From assembly GCA_032249135.1 (NCBI GenBank), contig JAVVGL010000002.1, forward strand, positions 64,001 through 128,000: a DNA stretch of 64,000 nucleotides, written 5' to 3'. The notes under the pieces are model-generated. The model saw nothing but the letters and a program-made list of their open reading frames with translations. It ran no database searches and was not told the origin of the DNA. Positions within the stretch are counted from its first letter, which is position 1; each line of letters begins with the position of its first letter. The DNA comes from Candidatus Calescibacterium sp. (GTDB lineage: Bacteria; Calescibacteriota; Calescibacteriia; Calescibacteriales; Calescibacteriaceae). The position numbers were made by a program, and so were the translations under genes. Positions 9,469 to 20,565 of the stretch are shown in pieces.

Positions 9469-10662
9469 TTATACTTGTGCGAATGATGTTCTGTTCAAGA
9501 CAAGCCCCGATGGTATCTTTGGCCAAAAATAAGTTGATTTCGGAGGGAGAACTTTTCCTCTCTTTACAACCTCCCAAATTTCTCCCATAGATAACGGTTT
9601 TGGAATAATGGAGCATCCTATTTCACCCCTTAAAACCTTACTTATAGATTTTAACATATTGTGTTCAAAATCAACTGTAATATCTTTTAAAATATATTCA
9701 TGCAAAACTTCAATGTGAATTTTTTCAGGAATTTTTTTTATTTTGATCTCCAAAGATGAATTATCTCCAAAAAAGAACAAAAAATCACTGCTTTGGAAAG
9801 AAAGAAAAGATAGAGGATTTTCAAACTTTCTATTTTCTCGCAGGTGATTTTTTGAGATCACTATATCTTCTGATAAATTAATTTTTTTCTCCTCACCCTT
9901 TTTGATTTCTCTCAAAATAGGTAGAATAAGGAAGCCTGAACTTTCATCAGCCAAAAAAGCCATAAAGAATTTCTCATTTTTCTTCTTTTCATATACATAC
10001 TTTATCGCATTGAACCTGTGATGCCCATCAGCTATTATGAAATCTTTGTCTTGGAGATCAGAAATTAGTTCAAAATCATCTGTCTCAAAAAACTTACAAT
10101 CAATATCTAAACCATATTCTGATGAGTTATATTTGAAACTAAAAAGCAAGTTAAGCTTTCTTTGGTTTATAGCTTTTTCGTACCAAGTTCTTATGTTATT
10201 CCCCTGCGTGACTAAGAATATCGGACAAGTATTACATCCCGTTTTTTCCAGCAACTCTATTCTATCCTCTATTACACGGGGCTTTGTACTTTCATGCTGA
10301 AAAATTTTTGCTTCATAAGATACTAATGCAATTATTCCAACGAACTCCCGAAAATTTTTACCATCAAAAAAACTTTGGGTCAAAACATATAACTTTTCTT
10401 TTTCACTCTGAACCAATATATTTTTTCTTATAAAATCTTCAAGGGTTTTTTTAGCGTGGTCATGTCCAAAAGGAGAAAGAACAACCCTGACATAATTGAA
10501 TTCACTCCTTTTTAAAAGTTCTTCTTGCATCTTCTCATCTATAACATCGTATGGGGGACAGATTATATCGCTCATCTTTTCACTAAAATGTGGAGAATAT
10601 GTTATTCCTCTAAAAGGTTTTATCACTTCAAAAGATTTCATTGCTTTTTCATTCTCAATCAT
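9469..10662 (-). CDS. DUF1015 family protein
   Basis: IKPFRG, PPYDVI, HESTK, IADGHHR, LPPKSTYFWPKIPSGL. Confidence 0.9.
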   Translation of the reverse strand: MIENEKAMKSFEVIKPFRGITYSPHFSEKMSDIICPPYDVIDEKMQEELLKRSEFNYVRVVLSPFGHDHAKKTLEDFIRKNILVQSEKEKLYVLTQSFFDGKNFREFVGIIALVSYEAKIFQHESTKPRVIEDRIELLEKTGCNTCPIFLVTQGNNIRTWYEKAINQRKLNLLFSFKYNSSEYGLDIDCKFFETDDFELISDLQDKDFIIADGHHRFNAIKYVYEKKKNEKFFMAFLADESSGFLILPILREIKKGEEKKINLSEDIVISKNHLRENRKFENPLSFLSFQSSDFLFFFGDNSSLEIKIKKIPEKIHIEVLHEYILKDITVDFEHNMLKSISKVLRGEIGCSIIPKPLSMGEIWEVVKRGKVLPPKSTYFWPKIPSGLVLNRTSFAQV

Positions 10663-12398
10663 CTATCAAGCTCCCCAGCGACTATATTTATACTTCCCAA
10701 AACAGCAACAAAATCTGCAAGTTTATGTCCCAAAACCATATGTCTGAAAGCTTGATATATAGCAAAACAAGGAGGTCTTGTTCTTATTCTCCAAGGGGTT
10801 CTTTTTCCAACAGAAATAGCAAAAAATCCGAGCTCACCATTTGCCGCTTCTCCACCAAAATAATACCAGCCATAAGGAGGAACAACTCCCTCTACAATAC
10901 CTTTGAAGTGATGAATGAGAGCTTCTATTTGAGTATAAACATATTTTTTATCTGGTAAGGTTGGCAAATTAGCGAGCTTATCTGATTTTATTCTTATTCC
11001 ATCATCTGGTAGATTATCAAGAGCTTGTCTTATTATTTTAGCACTTTGAACCATCTCCTCCATTCTCACAAGATACCTTGAATAAACATCTCCTTCGGTT
11101 GCTATTGGGATTTCAAAATCAAACTCATCATACAAACCATAAGGCTGGACTTTTCTTATATCCCATGCTACACCAGAGCCACGCAAAGAAGGACCGGTAA
11201 ATCCCCATTCAATAGCCTCCTCAGCAGAAATGACTCCAATTTTGCGAGTTCTATCTATGAAAATTCTGTTTTTAGTAAGAAGGTTATCAACATCTTTTAG
11301 AGCTCTTGGTAAAAGTTCATCTATAATATATCTTATTTTCTGGATTGTTTTTTCATCTAAATCTCTTCTTACTCCTCCGAAAGATGTTCCCGATGTTGTA
11401 AGACGAGCCCCGACAGCCCACTCAAAAACCGAATATATCTCCTCTCTTACCTTGAAAAAGTACCAGAAAGGAGTGAGAGCTCCGAGATCAACAGCCATAG
11501 TGCCAATTGATACAAGATGATCTGCAATACGAGAAAGTTCTCCTAAAATCACCCTTATATATTTTGCCCTGCGCGGGACATCATCCCATATACCAAGCCA
11601 CCTTTCAATCATTTCGGTGTAAATCATGTTGTTAAGGTAAGCAGAAAGATAGTTTAATCTATCTGTCATAGGAATGAAGTCTTCCCATCTCATATTTTCA
11701 CCATTTTTTTCAACTCCTCGGTGCAAGTATCCTATTTCAAGGTCTACTCCTATTATGTCTTCTCCTTCAAGCTCAAATATCATTCTGAATGTTCCGTGAG
11801 TTGCAGGATGGGTTGGACCAACATTAATTATCATCCTTGAACCTTCCTCAAAAACATCCTCTGGTTTTTCCTTTCCAGGAAGTCTTACAAACCTTGGGGT
11901 ATATTTTGTTCCTATGTATTCCTTGACACCTTTTGTTGGGAAATCTTTTCTAAGTGGATGTCCCTCAAAATCCTCAGGGAGCATTATTCTTCTGAGATCC
12001 GGGTGTCCTTCAAACTTTATGCCCAAAAGATCATAAACTTCTCTTTCAAACCAATCTGCACCGCGGAAAAGTTTTGTAGATGATGGTACAGGAGTTGAAT
12101 CATCAGCTGGAACAATTACTCTTACTCTCTCATTTTGCGGTATTTTCAAAAAATGATATATTACGGCAAATCTTGTTTTTACACCTGCATACTCTTTGAG
12201 CCTTTCGTTATCGTAAAAATCTACTCCGAAAAGGTCTAAGATCATATTGAATCCATCCTCTTTGAGTTTTTGTTCAAACATAATAAGGTTTTGAGGTTTC
12301 ACAACAAATTCAGGCATATCTCTTAAAGTGGAACGCTCGTATAGACCCTCTGTCAAGATTCTTACTTTCTCATAAATTTCCTGTTTCGTTTTTCCCAT
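10659..12398 (-). CDS. nuoCD: Fused NADH-quinone oxidoreductase subunit C/D
   Basis: NuoC motifs (ADWFEREVYDLLG..F.GHPDLRRI, GHPLRKDFP) fused to NuoD (GPTHPATHG, GYLHRGVEK, C-terminal GELDR). Start taken at ATG 12398. Confidence 0.95.
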   Translation of the reverse strand: MGKTKQEIYEKVRILTEGLYERSTLRDMPEFVVKPQNLIMFEQKLKEDGFNMILDLFGVDFYDNERLKEYAGVKTRFAVIYHFLKIPQNERVRVIVPADDSTPVPSSTKLFRGADWFEREVYDLLGIKFEGHPDLRRIMLPEDFEGHPLRKDFPTKGVKEYIGTKYTPRFVRLPGKEKPEDVFEEGSRMIINVGPTHPATHGTFRMIFELEGEDIIGVDLEIGYLHRGVEKNGENMRWEDFIPMTDRLNYLSAYLNNMIYTEMIERWLGIWDDVPRRAKYIRVILGELSRIADHLVSIGTMAVDLGALTPFWYFFKVREEIYSVFEWAVGARLTTSGTSFGGVRRDLDEKTIQKIRYIIDELLPRALKDVDNLLTKNRIFIDRTRKIGVISAEEAIEWGFTGPSLRGSGVAWDIRKVQPYGLYDEFDFEIPIATEGDVYSRYLVRMEEMVQSAKIIRQALDNLPDDGIRIKSDKLANLPTLPDKKYVYTQIEALIHHFKGIVEGVVPPYGWYYFGGEAANGELGFFAISVGKRTPWRIRTRPPCFAIYQAFRHMVLGHKLADFVAVLGSINIVAGELDR

Positions 12399-12591
12399 AA
12401 TTTTAGATTTTTCTTGAAATCTTAAAATTTGATTTTTGCTGTTTTTTTGTTCATTTTTACCCCGTAATAAAAAAATAAAATCGTCTTTACGATTTGAAAA
12501 CAAAAAGGAAAAAATAAAAATAAAGAGAATTTAAAAAAATCATTCAAAATGACAAATGATATATTTGGACTTAAAGTTCTTATTGAAATAG

Positions 12592-13356
12592 ATGAAGGTC
12601 ATTTCAATATTTTCTGAAAAAGGAGGAGTAGGAAAGACAACAATTGCAACAAATCTTGCAGTAAGTTTCGCAAGGAAAGACTATAAAACTTTGATAATAG
12701 ATATGGACCCCCAGGGTCATGTTGCGAAACTTTTTGGAGTTGAGCCAGCAAAAAGAAGAATTCTTGAACTGCTCTTGAAAGGAAACATACAGAATATACA
12801 GAATGAAGTAATAAAGGGAACAAGAATTCAGAAACTTTTTGTCCTGCCATCTGATTGGTCGCTCGCGGACTTTACAGTAAATGTAGCACGAGATCCAACA
12901 AGACATCTGAAATTGAAGATTTTAATAAACAACATCAAAGATATGTTTGATGTAATACTTATAGATTCCCCACCCTCTTTGGAACTGATAACTTTAAATA
13001 TTTTGCTTGCATCAGAGGGTTTAATAATTCCTGTTGCTCTCACATATCTTGGACTTGTAGGTACGGCTTCAACAATAAAAATAATAAGCCAAACAAAAAA
13101 AGCTTTTAACTACTCCCCAGGAATTATAGCTTTTGTCCCAAATTTTTATGATGATTCACCCTTTACAAAAGAGCTACTTTCAAGGCTCAGGGAAAAACTT
13201 GGTAAATTAGTCTCAAAAACAATAATTCACAAAGACTACGAGATAGACAAATCTCAAAGCTATTCCGCTACGGTTGTTGAAGTATCACCGGAGTCAGTAG
13301 CAGCAAAAGATTTTGAGAACTTAGCAGACGAAATAATACTCAAAATAGGAATTTAA
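12592..13356 (+). CDS. ParA-family ATPase (no adjacent ParB)
   Basis: KGGVGKTT deviant Walker A, IDMDPQG, IDSPPSL. Confidence 0.92.
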   Translation: MKVISIFSEKGGVGKTTIATNLAVSFARKDYKTLIIDMDPQGHVAKLFGVEPAKRRILELLLKGNIQNIQNEVIKGTRIQKLFVLPSDWSLADFTVNVARDPTRHLKLKILINNIKDMFDVILIDSPPSLELITLNILLASEGLIIPVALTYLGLVGTASTIKIISQTKKAFNYSPGIIAFVPNFYDDSPFTKELLSRLREKLGKLVSKTIIHKDYEIDKSQSYSATVVEVSPESVAAKDFENLADEIILKIGI

Positions 13357-13384
13357 TAAATGAATAACATCTCCCGAATAAGGG

Positions 13385-15103
13385 CTAACATCTTCCGAAT
13401 CTTCTCTCGAGTTCATCTATTGAGATTTTTATAACGGCAGGTCTTCCGTGTGGACATCTTTGATTTGGGTCAAAGTCTTGTAAAATAAAAGCAACATCCC
13501 AAATATTCAGACTATCTCCTTTTCTTATAGCGTTTCTGCAAGAATATGAGGCTAAAAATTTATCTCTTGCAGATTCATCAAATCCTTCCTGAAACTCCTG
13601 AAAAAAATCCGCAAGATCAACACCGGAAAGATAAGAAGGTATAGATCTGATAAGAATTTTGTTGCCATCAATATCAAATTCAAGTCCAATTTTCTCAAAA
13701 TCATCTTTATGAGACAAAACACTCTCAACTGATGTCTTCGGTAATTCTATCTCAAAAGGTATAACAAACCTCAATTTTTCAAATTTATCTGTGCTGAGTT
13801 TACTTCTCATTTCAGCGTAAAGTTTTCCTTCGTGATATGCGTGAATATCTACTATATAAACTTCGCCCTCCCACTCAACAAAAGCAAAAATATCACCTAA
13901 AATTGTAAGAATTTTTGGAGATACCCTAACAATCTTTTCCTGATATACTTGATATTCTCCCTCCTCTTTTCCTTTTTTCTTCTCTTTCTCCTTTCCTTCT
14001 TCCTTTTCCAGTTCCCATTTTTTCTCAACACTTACGGTTCTTACATCATATTGTTGTTGTTCCCGTTGAAAGTTAGAGGGAAGGATGGATTTAACTTTGT
14101 GTCTTATTGCTTCTTCAATGGCAGTTATGACGACCTCTTTTATTTTCAGTGGAGAACGCCATCTTATTTCGGTTTTTGTAGGATTTACATTCACATCATA
14201 AAACTCGGGGGGACAATTCATAAATAGTATGAAATCCGAATTTTTAAGAAATGAAAATTTAGAAATAGCAGAAAAAATAGTTTTGTCTTTGACATATCTT
14301 TTGTTCACAAAAAACCACCTTCCTACCCCAACCTTATCTTTATAGATTATTCCCTCAACACTTATATCTCCAACCGATAGGAAAACCTCAAAACTATCTT
14401 TTTTTGTTTTGTCTTCACCAAAAATTGCGGATATTGTATCTTTTATGGTTCTTCCGGGTTTCAAGTTAAGATAAACTTCACCTGATCTTATGAGCTTGAA
14501 GTGGACTTTCGGAAAAGTCAAAGCAAACCTTGTAAAAACATCTAATATATATGAAAACTCAATTCTTTCTCCTGCCAGAAATTTTTTTCTTGCAGGAACA
14601 TTAAAAAATAGGTCTTTGACAATAACATGAGTTCCTCCATCTAAATAAACTTTCTTTACTCCCTTGAATTTTCCTCCCTCTATATAAACTTCTGTTCCTA
14701 AATCTTCTGATATGTGCTTTGATCTTATGGTAGTTTTTGACACAAGTGAGATAGCGTGAAGAGCTTCTCCTCTGAAACCGAAGGTTCTAATTGAAAAGAG
14801 GTCGTTTTCATCTTTTATTTTGCTTGTGGCGTGCTTCCTGAAGCACAATAGAACATCTTTTTCTGTCATTCCCTCACCATCATCAAAAACGGAAATTTCA
14901 TCTTTGGTGTCGATATTAACTTCTATGTAGTTTGCTCCTGCATCCAAAGAATTTTCCACAAGTTCTTTGACTACGGATGCTGGTCTTTCCACAACTTCAC
15001 CGGCAGCGATAAGTTGAGCAACTTTTTCAGGTAAAACAAATATTTTTCCGGGTACTTTACCTTGATTCAAATTTACTGAATCGTTTTCCATATCATCCCT
15101 CAT
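13385..15103 (-). CDS. mutL: DNA mismatch repair protein MutL
   Basis: IAAGEVVERPASVVKELVENSLDAG, HATSK, GFRGEAL, LFFNVPARKKF, CPHGRP. Confidence 0.96.
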   Translation of the reverse strand: MRDDMENDSVNLNQGKVPGKIFVLPEKVAQLIAAGEVVERPASVVKELVENSLDAGANYIEVNIDTKDEISVFDDGEGMTEKDVLLCFRKHATSKIKDENDLFSIRTFGFRGEALHAISLVSKTTIRSKHISEDLGTEVYIEGGKFKGVKKVYLDGGTHVIVKDLFFNVPARKKFLAGERIEFSYILDVFTRFALTFPKVHFKLIRSGEVYLNLKPGRTIKDTISAIFGEDKTKKDSFEVFLSVGDISVEGIIYKDKVGVGRWFFVNKRYVKDKTIFSAISKFSFLKNSDFILFMNCPPEFYDVNVNPTKTEIRWRSPLKIKEVVITAIEEAIRHKVKSILPSNFQREQQQYDVRTVSVEKKWELEKEEGKEKEKKKGKEEGEYQVYQEKIVRVSPKILTILGDIFAFVEWEGEVYIVDIHAYHEGKLYAEMRSKLSTDKFEKLRFVIPFEIELPKTSVESVLSHKDDFEKIGLEFDIDGNKILIRSIPSYLSGVDLADFFQEFQEGFDESARDKFLASYSCRNAIRKGDSLNIWDVAFILQDFDPNQRCPHGRPAVIKISIDELERRFGRC

Positions 15104-15131
15104 AATAACATCTTCTTATACATAATCAAAT

Positions 15132-16364
15132 TTAAGTTCCTTCTTCCCAGGATTGCAAATATTTTATTTGTTCCTCTGTGAGCTTTTCCAACTTTACTCC
15201 CATAGATTTAAGTTTGAGCTCAGCAACAAGATTATCTATTTCGTCTGGAACTTTATAAACTTTTTTTTCAAGTTTGTTGTGGTTTTCAAAGATGTATTTT
15301 ACTGAAAGGGCTTGATTTGCAAAAGACATATCCATAACATGAGGTGGATGTCCTTCCGCAGCTGCGAGATTCACAAGTCTTCCCTCTGCAAGGACAAAAA
15401 TTCTTTTTCCATCAATAATATATTCTTCAACGTATGGTCTCACCTGCCTTGGTTTTGAGATTTGTTTGAGTTTTGATATTTCAATTTCAACATCAAAGTG
15501 TCCAGAGTTAGCCAAAATCGCTCCATCTTTCATCTTTAATATGTGCTCCAATCTTATGACAGATTTGTTTCCTGTAACTGTGACAAAAATATCACCGATC
15601 TTGGCAGCTGAATCCATATCCATAACTTCGTAACCATCAAGTAAGGCTTCAAGTGCTTTTATTGGATCAACCTCAACTACGATAACATGAGCCCCCATGC
15701 CACGAGCTCTCATAGCGACACCCTTTCCGCACATTCCATAACCTGCAACGACAAACTTTTTACCTGCAAGAAGAATGTTTGTTGCTCTCAAAATTCCATC
15801 TATTGTGCTTTGTCCTGTACCGTATCTATTATCAAAAAGATGTTTTGTTTTTGCATCGTTAACAGCAATAACTGGGAACTTCAAAACCCCATCTTTTTCC
15901 ATAGCTTTGAGTCTTATGACTCCCGTTGTGGTTTCCTCTGTTCCCCCCAGTGGTATAACATTTTTTTTGTGAGCGTAAGATGTAAGATCTGCTCCATCAT
16001 CAACGGTGACATCAGGTTTTTTAGATAAAACAGCTTCTATATGCTGGTAGTATACTTCATTTGATTCGCCCTTTATTGCATAGACATCTATTCCTTCTGA
16101 AACAAGATAAGCAGCAACTTCATCCTGCGTTGAAAGTGGATTTGAAGCACATAAATAGACATCAGCTCCACCGGCTTTCAAGGTAAGAACTAAATTTGCA
16201 GTCTCAGAGGTAACATGAAGACAACAACCTACTTTCACTCCTTTTAGAGGTTTAGTTTTCTCAAATTCCTCCCTTATTAGCCTTATCACAGGCATATTAA
16301 AGTATGCCCATTCTACCTTGTTTTTGCCTTGCTCACTCAACTTAGGATCTTTTATATCAGGCAT
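15132..16364 (-). CDS. ahcY: Adenosylhomocysteinase
   Basis: [57 protein letters not shown]. Confidence 0.97.
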   Translation of the reverse strand: MPDIKDPKLSEQGKNKVEWAYFNMPVIRLIREEFEKTKPLKGVKVGCCLHVTSETANLVLTLKAGGADVYLCASNPLSTQDEVAAYLVSEGIDVYAIKGESNEVYYQHIEAVLSKKPDVTVDDGADLTSYAHKKNVIPLGGTEETTTGVIRLKAMEKDGVLKFPVIAVNDAKTKHLFDNRYGTGQSTIDGILRATNILLAGKKFVVAGYGMCGKGVAMRARGMGAHVIVVEVDPIKALEALLDGYEVMDMDSAAKIGDIFVTVTGNKSVIRLEHILKMKDGAILANSGHFDVEIEISKLKQISKPRQVRPYVEEYIIDGKRIFVLAEGRLVNLAAAEGHPPHVMDMSFANQALSVKYIFENHNKLEKKVYKVPDEIDNLVAELKLKSMGVKLEKLTEEQIKYLQSWEEGT

Positions 16365-16545
16365 AGTGATTTTATTTTTAGTGGAAGATCACTGATTTTG
16401 TTTTTTACCCGAACTTTTCCAAAAAGCAATAATTAGCCTATTTTTTAACGATGACTGTAAAAAAGACCGGCAGTTCATTACTAAAAATGAGAAGATTTGA
16501 CTTAAAATGGAGAAATTTTGAGGTCAGATATTTTAAAATTTTTAT

Positions 16546-17595
16546 ATGAGATCCGCTCTATTTGTTTTCTCTATATTTTCGCTATGTGCAATAGGACTTC
16601 TGTTCATTTTTGGAATATCACCTATAAGGGGTGGATATGATCAATATCTTATGTTCAAAAAACAAGTCATAGCAGTTGTAATAGGAGTTGTACTTATGTT
16701 TCTTATTTCACAACTTTCACCTGATATATTGAGAAGGATCTCAGTTCCAATTTTTATCATCTGTTTCGCAGGAGTTATATCAACATTATTTTTAGGAAAA
16801 GGAAGCGCAAAAAGATGGCTCTATTTTCCCGGATTCTCAATTCAACCTGTGGAATTTTTCAAAGTATCTTATATTATCCTTCTGTCTAATTTGCTCTCAA
16901 AAATTAAACATGAAATAGATATATACGGATTTTTACTTTTTGTTCTGGCAAACGTAATTTTTACACTCCCTATTCTTCTTCAACCAGATTACGGAAACTT
17001 TATTATAATTTTTTCAATCACTACTTTTCTCCTTTTCATAAAGGGAGTAAAAATAAGATACATCTTATCTTTGCTGATACCTGCAATTCCCGCGTTTCTT
17101 GCACTTATATTTTTTTCTCCATACAGAATGAAAAGGATATTGGCATTTTTATCACCCTGGGATGACCCACAAGGGAAAGGATTTCAGATAATACAATCTA
17201 TGATTTCTTACTCTGCGGGAGGAATAAATGGATCAGGTATAGGAGAGGGGATGCAGAAACTTTTTTTCCTACCAGCTGCTCATACAGATTTTATAATATC
17301 TTCAATAGCAGAGGAAACTGGTCTTATAGGTATAACAGCAATTGTAATGCTCTTTTCAGTAATAACTTTTATTGGCTTTTCAACTGCAAAAAATATAAAA
17401 GATGAATTCTCAAAAATTTTAATTGCAGGAATTACATTCATGCTCTCAATTGAGGTAGTAATAAACTTATTTGTATCGGTCGGTCTTTTACCAGCAAAGG
17501 GATTACCCTTGCCATTTGTGAGCTATGGGGGTTCATCTATAATATCATCTTTCATAGCAGCAGGCATAATTTTACAAAGTATAACAAAAGAGTAG
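16546..17595 (+). CDS. ftsW: SEDS-family peptidoglycan polymerase FtsW
   Basis: AKRW, QPVEFFK, LLQPDYG, GFQIIQS, LPAAHTDFI, PAKGLPLPFVSYGGSS. Confidence 0.9.
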   Translation: MRSALFVFSIFSLCAIGLLFIFGISPIRGGYDQYLMFKKQVIAVVIGVVLMFLISQLSPDILRRISVPIFIICFAGVISTLFLGKGSAKRWLYFPGFSIQPVEFFKVSYIILLSNLLSKIKHEIDIYGFLLFVLANVIFTLPILLQPDYGNFIIIFSITTFLLFIKGVKIRYILSLLIPAIPAFLALIFFSPYRMKRILAFLSPWDDPQGKGFQIIQSMISYSAGGINGSGIGEGMQKLFFLPAAHTDFIISSIAEETGLIGITAIVMLFSVITFIGFSTAKNIKDEFSKILIAGITFMLSIEVVINLFVSVGLLPAKGLPLPFVSYGGSSIISSFIAAGIILQSITKE

Positions 17596-17683
17596 AAAAA
17601 GAAAATATCTGCTTGATCTGATCAGAAAAAATTTGATCCGATCAGAAAAAATCAGAAATTTTAGCTCAAAGGTTTTCTATCTT

Positions 17684-18838
17684 TTAAATTTCACCGAGAA
17701 CTTTTCTAACAAGTGGACTCACAATCTTACCATCATGACAAACAGCGGTATCTCTTATTATCTCATCCTCAAAGTTGAGAACTATTTTCCCATCAACTAA
17801 AAGCAACCTTATAAAATTTGCTATATTTTTAGAGTAAAGAAATGAAGAATCACGAGGATAGTAATTTGCAGGATTGACCATACCTATTATTTTTACTCCT
17901 CTGAAATCTACAATTTTTCCAGGTTCTGTCAGCTCGCAATTTCCACCTTTTTCAGCTGCAAGATCCACAATTACAGAACCTGGTCTCATTTTCTCAACCA
18001 TATCGCGTGTTATAAGAACAGGAGCTTTTTTTCCCGGAACCATAGCAGTAGATATAACAACATCGGCAGCAGCGACATGTTCAGCCATAAGTTCTCTCTG
18101 CTTTTTGTAGAACTCTTCCCCCATAGCTTTTGCGTATCCACCCTCTGCTCTTGCTTCTTCTGTTTCAAGACCGAGCTCAACAAACTTTGCCCCAACACTT
18201 TGCACTTGCTCCTTTGTTTCAGGTCTTATATCATATCCCTCAACAACAGCTCCGAGTTTTTTAGATAAAGCCATGGCTTGAAGTCCAGCAACTCCCGCAC
18301 CTATGACAAAAACTTTTGCAGGCTTTATAGTCCCACCAGCAGTCATATAGAGAGGAAAGATCTTATCAAGATGTTTTGCAGCCTCAATAACTGCTGCATA
18401 ACCTGCAATCGTTGCCATAGAAGAGAGAGCATCCATGCTTTGAGCCCGAGATATACGAGGAATAAGTTCAACAGAAAATGCAGTAACTTTTTTCTCTGCT
18501 ATCTTTTTTATAACTTCCGGATACGCAAGAGGCTCCAAAAATCCCATTATTATTTTTCCTTCTTTCAGTAAAGGCAGATCTCTTTCCTCAACCTCCCGAG
18601 AAGCACCGGGACCTCTTACATATAAGATTATATCTGATTTTTCAAGAACTTCTTCACGAGATTCAGCTATTTCAACGCCAACTTTTTTGTAATCCTCATC
18701 TGAAATAAAAATTCCTTCTCCGTACCCCTTCTCTACGATTACTTTTGCACCCTTTTTTATGTATTGTTGTGCTACCTCTGGAATTATTGCAACGCGCCTT
18801 TCACCAGGGAATAACTCTTTTACTCCCCCTATTATCAT
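17684..18838 (-). CDS. pntA: NAD(P) transhydrogenase subunit alpha, soluble domain I only (PntAa)
   Basis: ERRVA, PRISRAQSMDALSS, TAGGTIKPAKVFVIGAGVAGLQA, VDLAAEKGGNCELT; no TM domain. Confidence 0.93.
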   Translation of the reverse strand: MIIGGVKELFPGERRVAIIPEVAQQYIKKGAKVIVEKGYGEGIFISDEDYKKVGVEIAESREEVLEKSDIILYVRGPGASREVEERDLPLLKEGKIIMGFLEPLAYPEVIKKIAEKKVTAFSVELIPRISRAQSMDALSSMATIAGYAAVIEAAKHLDKIFPLYMTAGGTIKPAKVFVIGAGVAGLQAMALSKKLGAVVEGYDIRPETKEQVQSVGAKFVELGLETEEARAEGGYAKAMGEEFYKKQRELMAEHVAAADVVISTAMVPGKKAPVLITRDMVEKMRPGSVIVDLAAEKGGNCELTEPGKIVDFRGVKIIGMVNPANYYPRDSSFLYSKNIANFIRLLLVDGKIVLNFEDEIIRDTAVCHDGKIVSPLVRKVLGEI

Positions 18839-18939
18839 ACCCTATATTTTTTTTATGCCACCGAAACTTTCCTCTTTGACAGGAATTTACAAATAAAAAG
18901 AAAAAAAGAAAAAAATAAATATTGAATTATTGAAATATA

Positions 18940-20454
18940 ATGGCAACAAAATACCTCACCAAATTCTGGCGAAAACTTTTCCTTCATAACAAAATATTCA
19001 TTGGTCTGATAGCAGGAGCGATATTTGGAGCGGTTTTTAAGCAGGATCTCCGAAAATTAGAAATCATAATCAAAGAAGAAAAAACCGGTAAAAAGCAAAA
19101 GTTCGTGGTTGCAGGATGGGAAAAAGCAGAATTTATTTTAGGTGACTCAAAGATAGAGTTTTCAGAAAAAGACGGTACAATAAAAGTAATCAAATTTTTC
19201 CAAAACCTCCCTGATAAAGAAAAACTTGTAATAATTTTTCACAAAACAGGGAAAGCAGGAGAAGAAAGATTTGAGAGAGTAATTAGCATACAAAAAGTTG
19301 AAACTCCTGCTTCTGCAATAAAGCCAGTAGGAATCATTTTTGTGCGTCTTTTAGTTTTTATTGCTATTCCTCTGGTTATAGCTTCTTTGATTTCATCAAT
19401 AGCAAGCATTGGAGATATGAAAATGTTCGGTCAAATAACAGTAAAAACACTAACTTACTATATTATAACAACAGTAATAGCAATTGCAATAGGTCTTATT
19501 TGTGTAAATTTAATAAAACCAGGACTTAAAATTTCCCCTGATATAAAAGATAAAATCGCATCAGAGTATCATGCTGAAATAAAAGAAAGGATAGGAGAAG
19601 AGGTCAGATTTGATTTGATTGATTTCATCTTGAATATAGTTCCAACAAATCCAATAAATGCAGCAGCAAGCGGAAATATGCTTCAGATAATATTTTTTGC
19701 CGTCGCCTTTGGTCTTGCTTTAACAAAAATTGACAAAAATAAATCAGAAGTTATTACAAAGTTTTTTGACGGTGTAAGCGATGCAACCATAAAGATAGTA
19801 AATATTGTTATGAAAATTGCTCCTTATGGAGTTTTCGCTCTAATCTCCGCAACCGTCGCAGAATTCGGACCCGAAATCATTTACACCATGATATGGTATA
19901 TAGCTACTGTTCTTTTGGGTTTAGCAATTCATCTTTTCGGAACTTATTCTGTTTCTGTTAAAATTTTAGGAAAGGAAAATCCAATAAAATTTTTCAGAGG
20001 AATAAAAGAAGCACAAATTATTGCTTTCACCACAAGTTCAAGCGCTGCGACATTACCAGTAAATATTGAATGCATGGAAAAAAATCTTGGAGTTCCAAAA
20101 CAAATAGCAAACTTTGTATTACCTCTTGGTGCAACTGTGAACATGGACGGCACAGCGCTATATCAAGCAGTCGCAGCCGTATTTATAGCTCAAATATACG
20201 GAGTAGAAATTGGAATAGCTCAACAGCTTACAATAGTTCTAATTGCAACTTCCGCATCTGTTGGAACTGCCCCCGTTCCCGGAGCCGGAATAATCATGCT
20301 CGCTATAATTTTGAAATCAATAAGTGTCCCAGAAGAAGGAATAGCCCTAATACTCGGAGTTGATAGATTTCTTGATATGTGCAGGACGGTTGTGAATGTC
20401 ACAGGCGATGGAACAGCAGCACTTTTTATTGCAAGGAAAACAAGGAATAATTAA
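18940..20454 (+). CDS. Dicarboxylate/amino acid:cation symporter (GltP/GltPh family)
   Basis: AFTTSSSAATLP, GATVNMDGTALY, GVDRFLDMCRTVVNVTGD. Confidence 0.94.
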   Translation: MATKYLTKFWRKLFLHNKIFIGLIAGAIFGAVFKQDLRKLEIIIKEEKTGKKQKFVVAGWEKAEFILGDSKIEFSEKDGTIKVIKFFQNLPDKEKLVIIFHKTGKAGEERFERVISIQKVETPASAIKPVGIIFVRLLVFIAIPLVIASLISSIASIGDMKMFGQITVKTLTYYIITTVIAIAIGLICVNLIKPGLKISPDIKDKIASEYHAEIKERIGEEVRFDLIDFILNIVPTNPINAAASGNMLQIIFFAVAFGLALTKIDKNKSEVITKFFDGVSDATIKIVNIVMKIAPYGVFALISATVAEFGPEIIYTMIWYIATVLLGLAIHLFGTYSVSVKILGKENPIKFFRGIKEAQIIAFTTSSSAATLPVNIECMEKNLGVPKQIANFVLPLGATVNMDGTALYQAVAAVFIAQIYGVEIGIAQQLTIVLIATSASVGTAPVPGAGIIMLAIILKSISVPEEGIALILGVDRFLDMCRTVVNVTGDGTAALFIARKTRNN

Positions 20455-20529
20455 CGAACCAAAAATCAATCAGACATGCATCAATCGTAAATACAGAAAA
20501 TCTGAGATTTTCCATTTAATCGGTTGAGT

Positions 20530-20558
20530 TTGCAATAATGTATCAAAAAAGATAAAAT
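20530..20558 (+). promoter_or_regulatory. Putative sigma70 promoter placing +1 at the flhA ATG (leaderless)
   Basis: TTGCAA (20530-35), 17 nt, TAAAAT (20553-58), 7 nt, ATG 20566; no SD. Confidence 0.6.
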
Positions 20559-20565
20559 TTTAGTT

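Noticed and set aside
9320-9616. Short ORFs upstream of the radical SAM gene as RiPP precursors
   Set aside because: They overlap the DUF1015 3' end and the tandem duplication, lack an RBS and show no leader/core pattern.
12592-13356. Orphan ParA as a sign of a plasmid or prophage
   Set aside because: Flanked by nuoCD and mutL with host-like composition, and no rep, parB or phage genes are nearby. Orphan ParA-family ATPases are common on chromosomes.
16365-16545. SAH/SAM riboswitch upstream of ahcY
   Set aside because: No recognisable conserved riboswitch core, and a -10-like box 4 nt from the ATG argues against a long leader.
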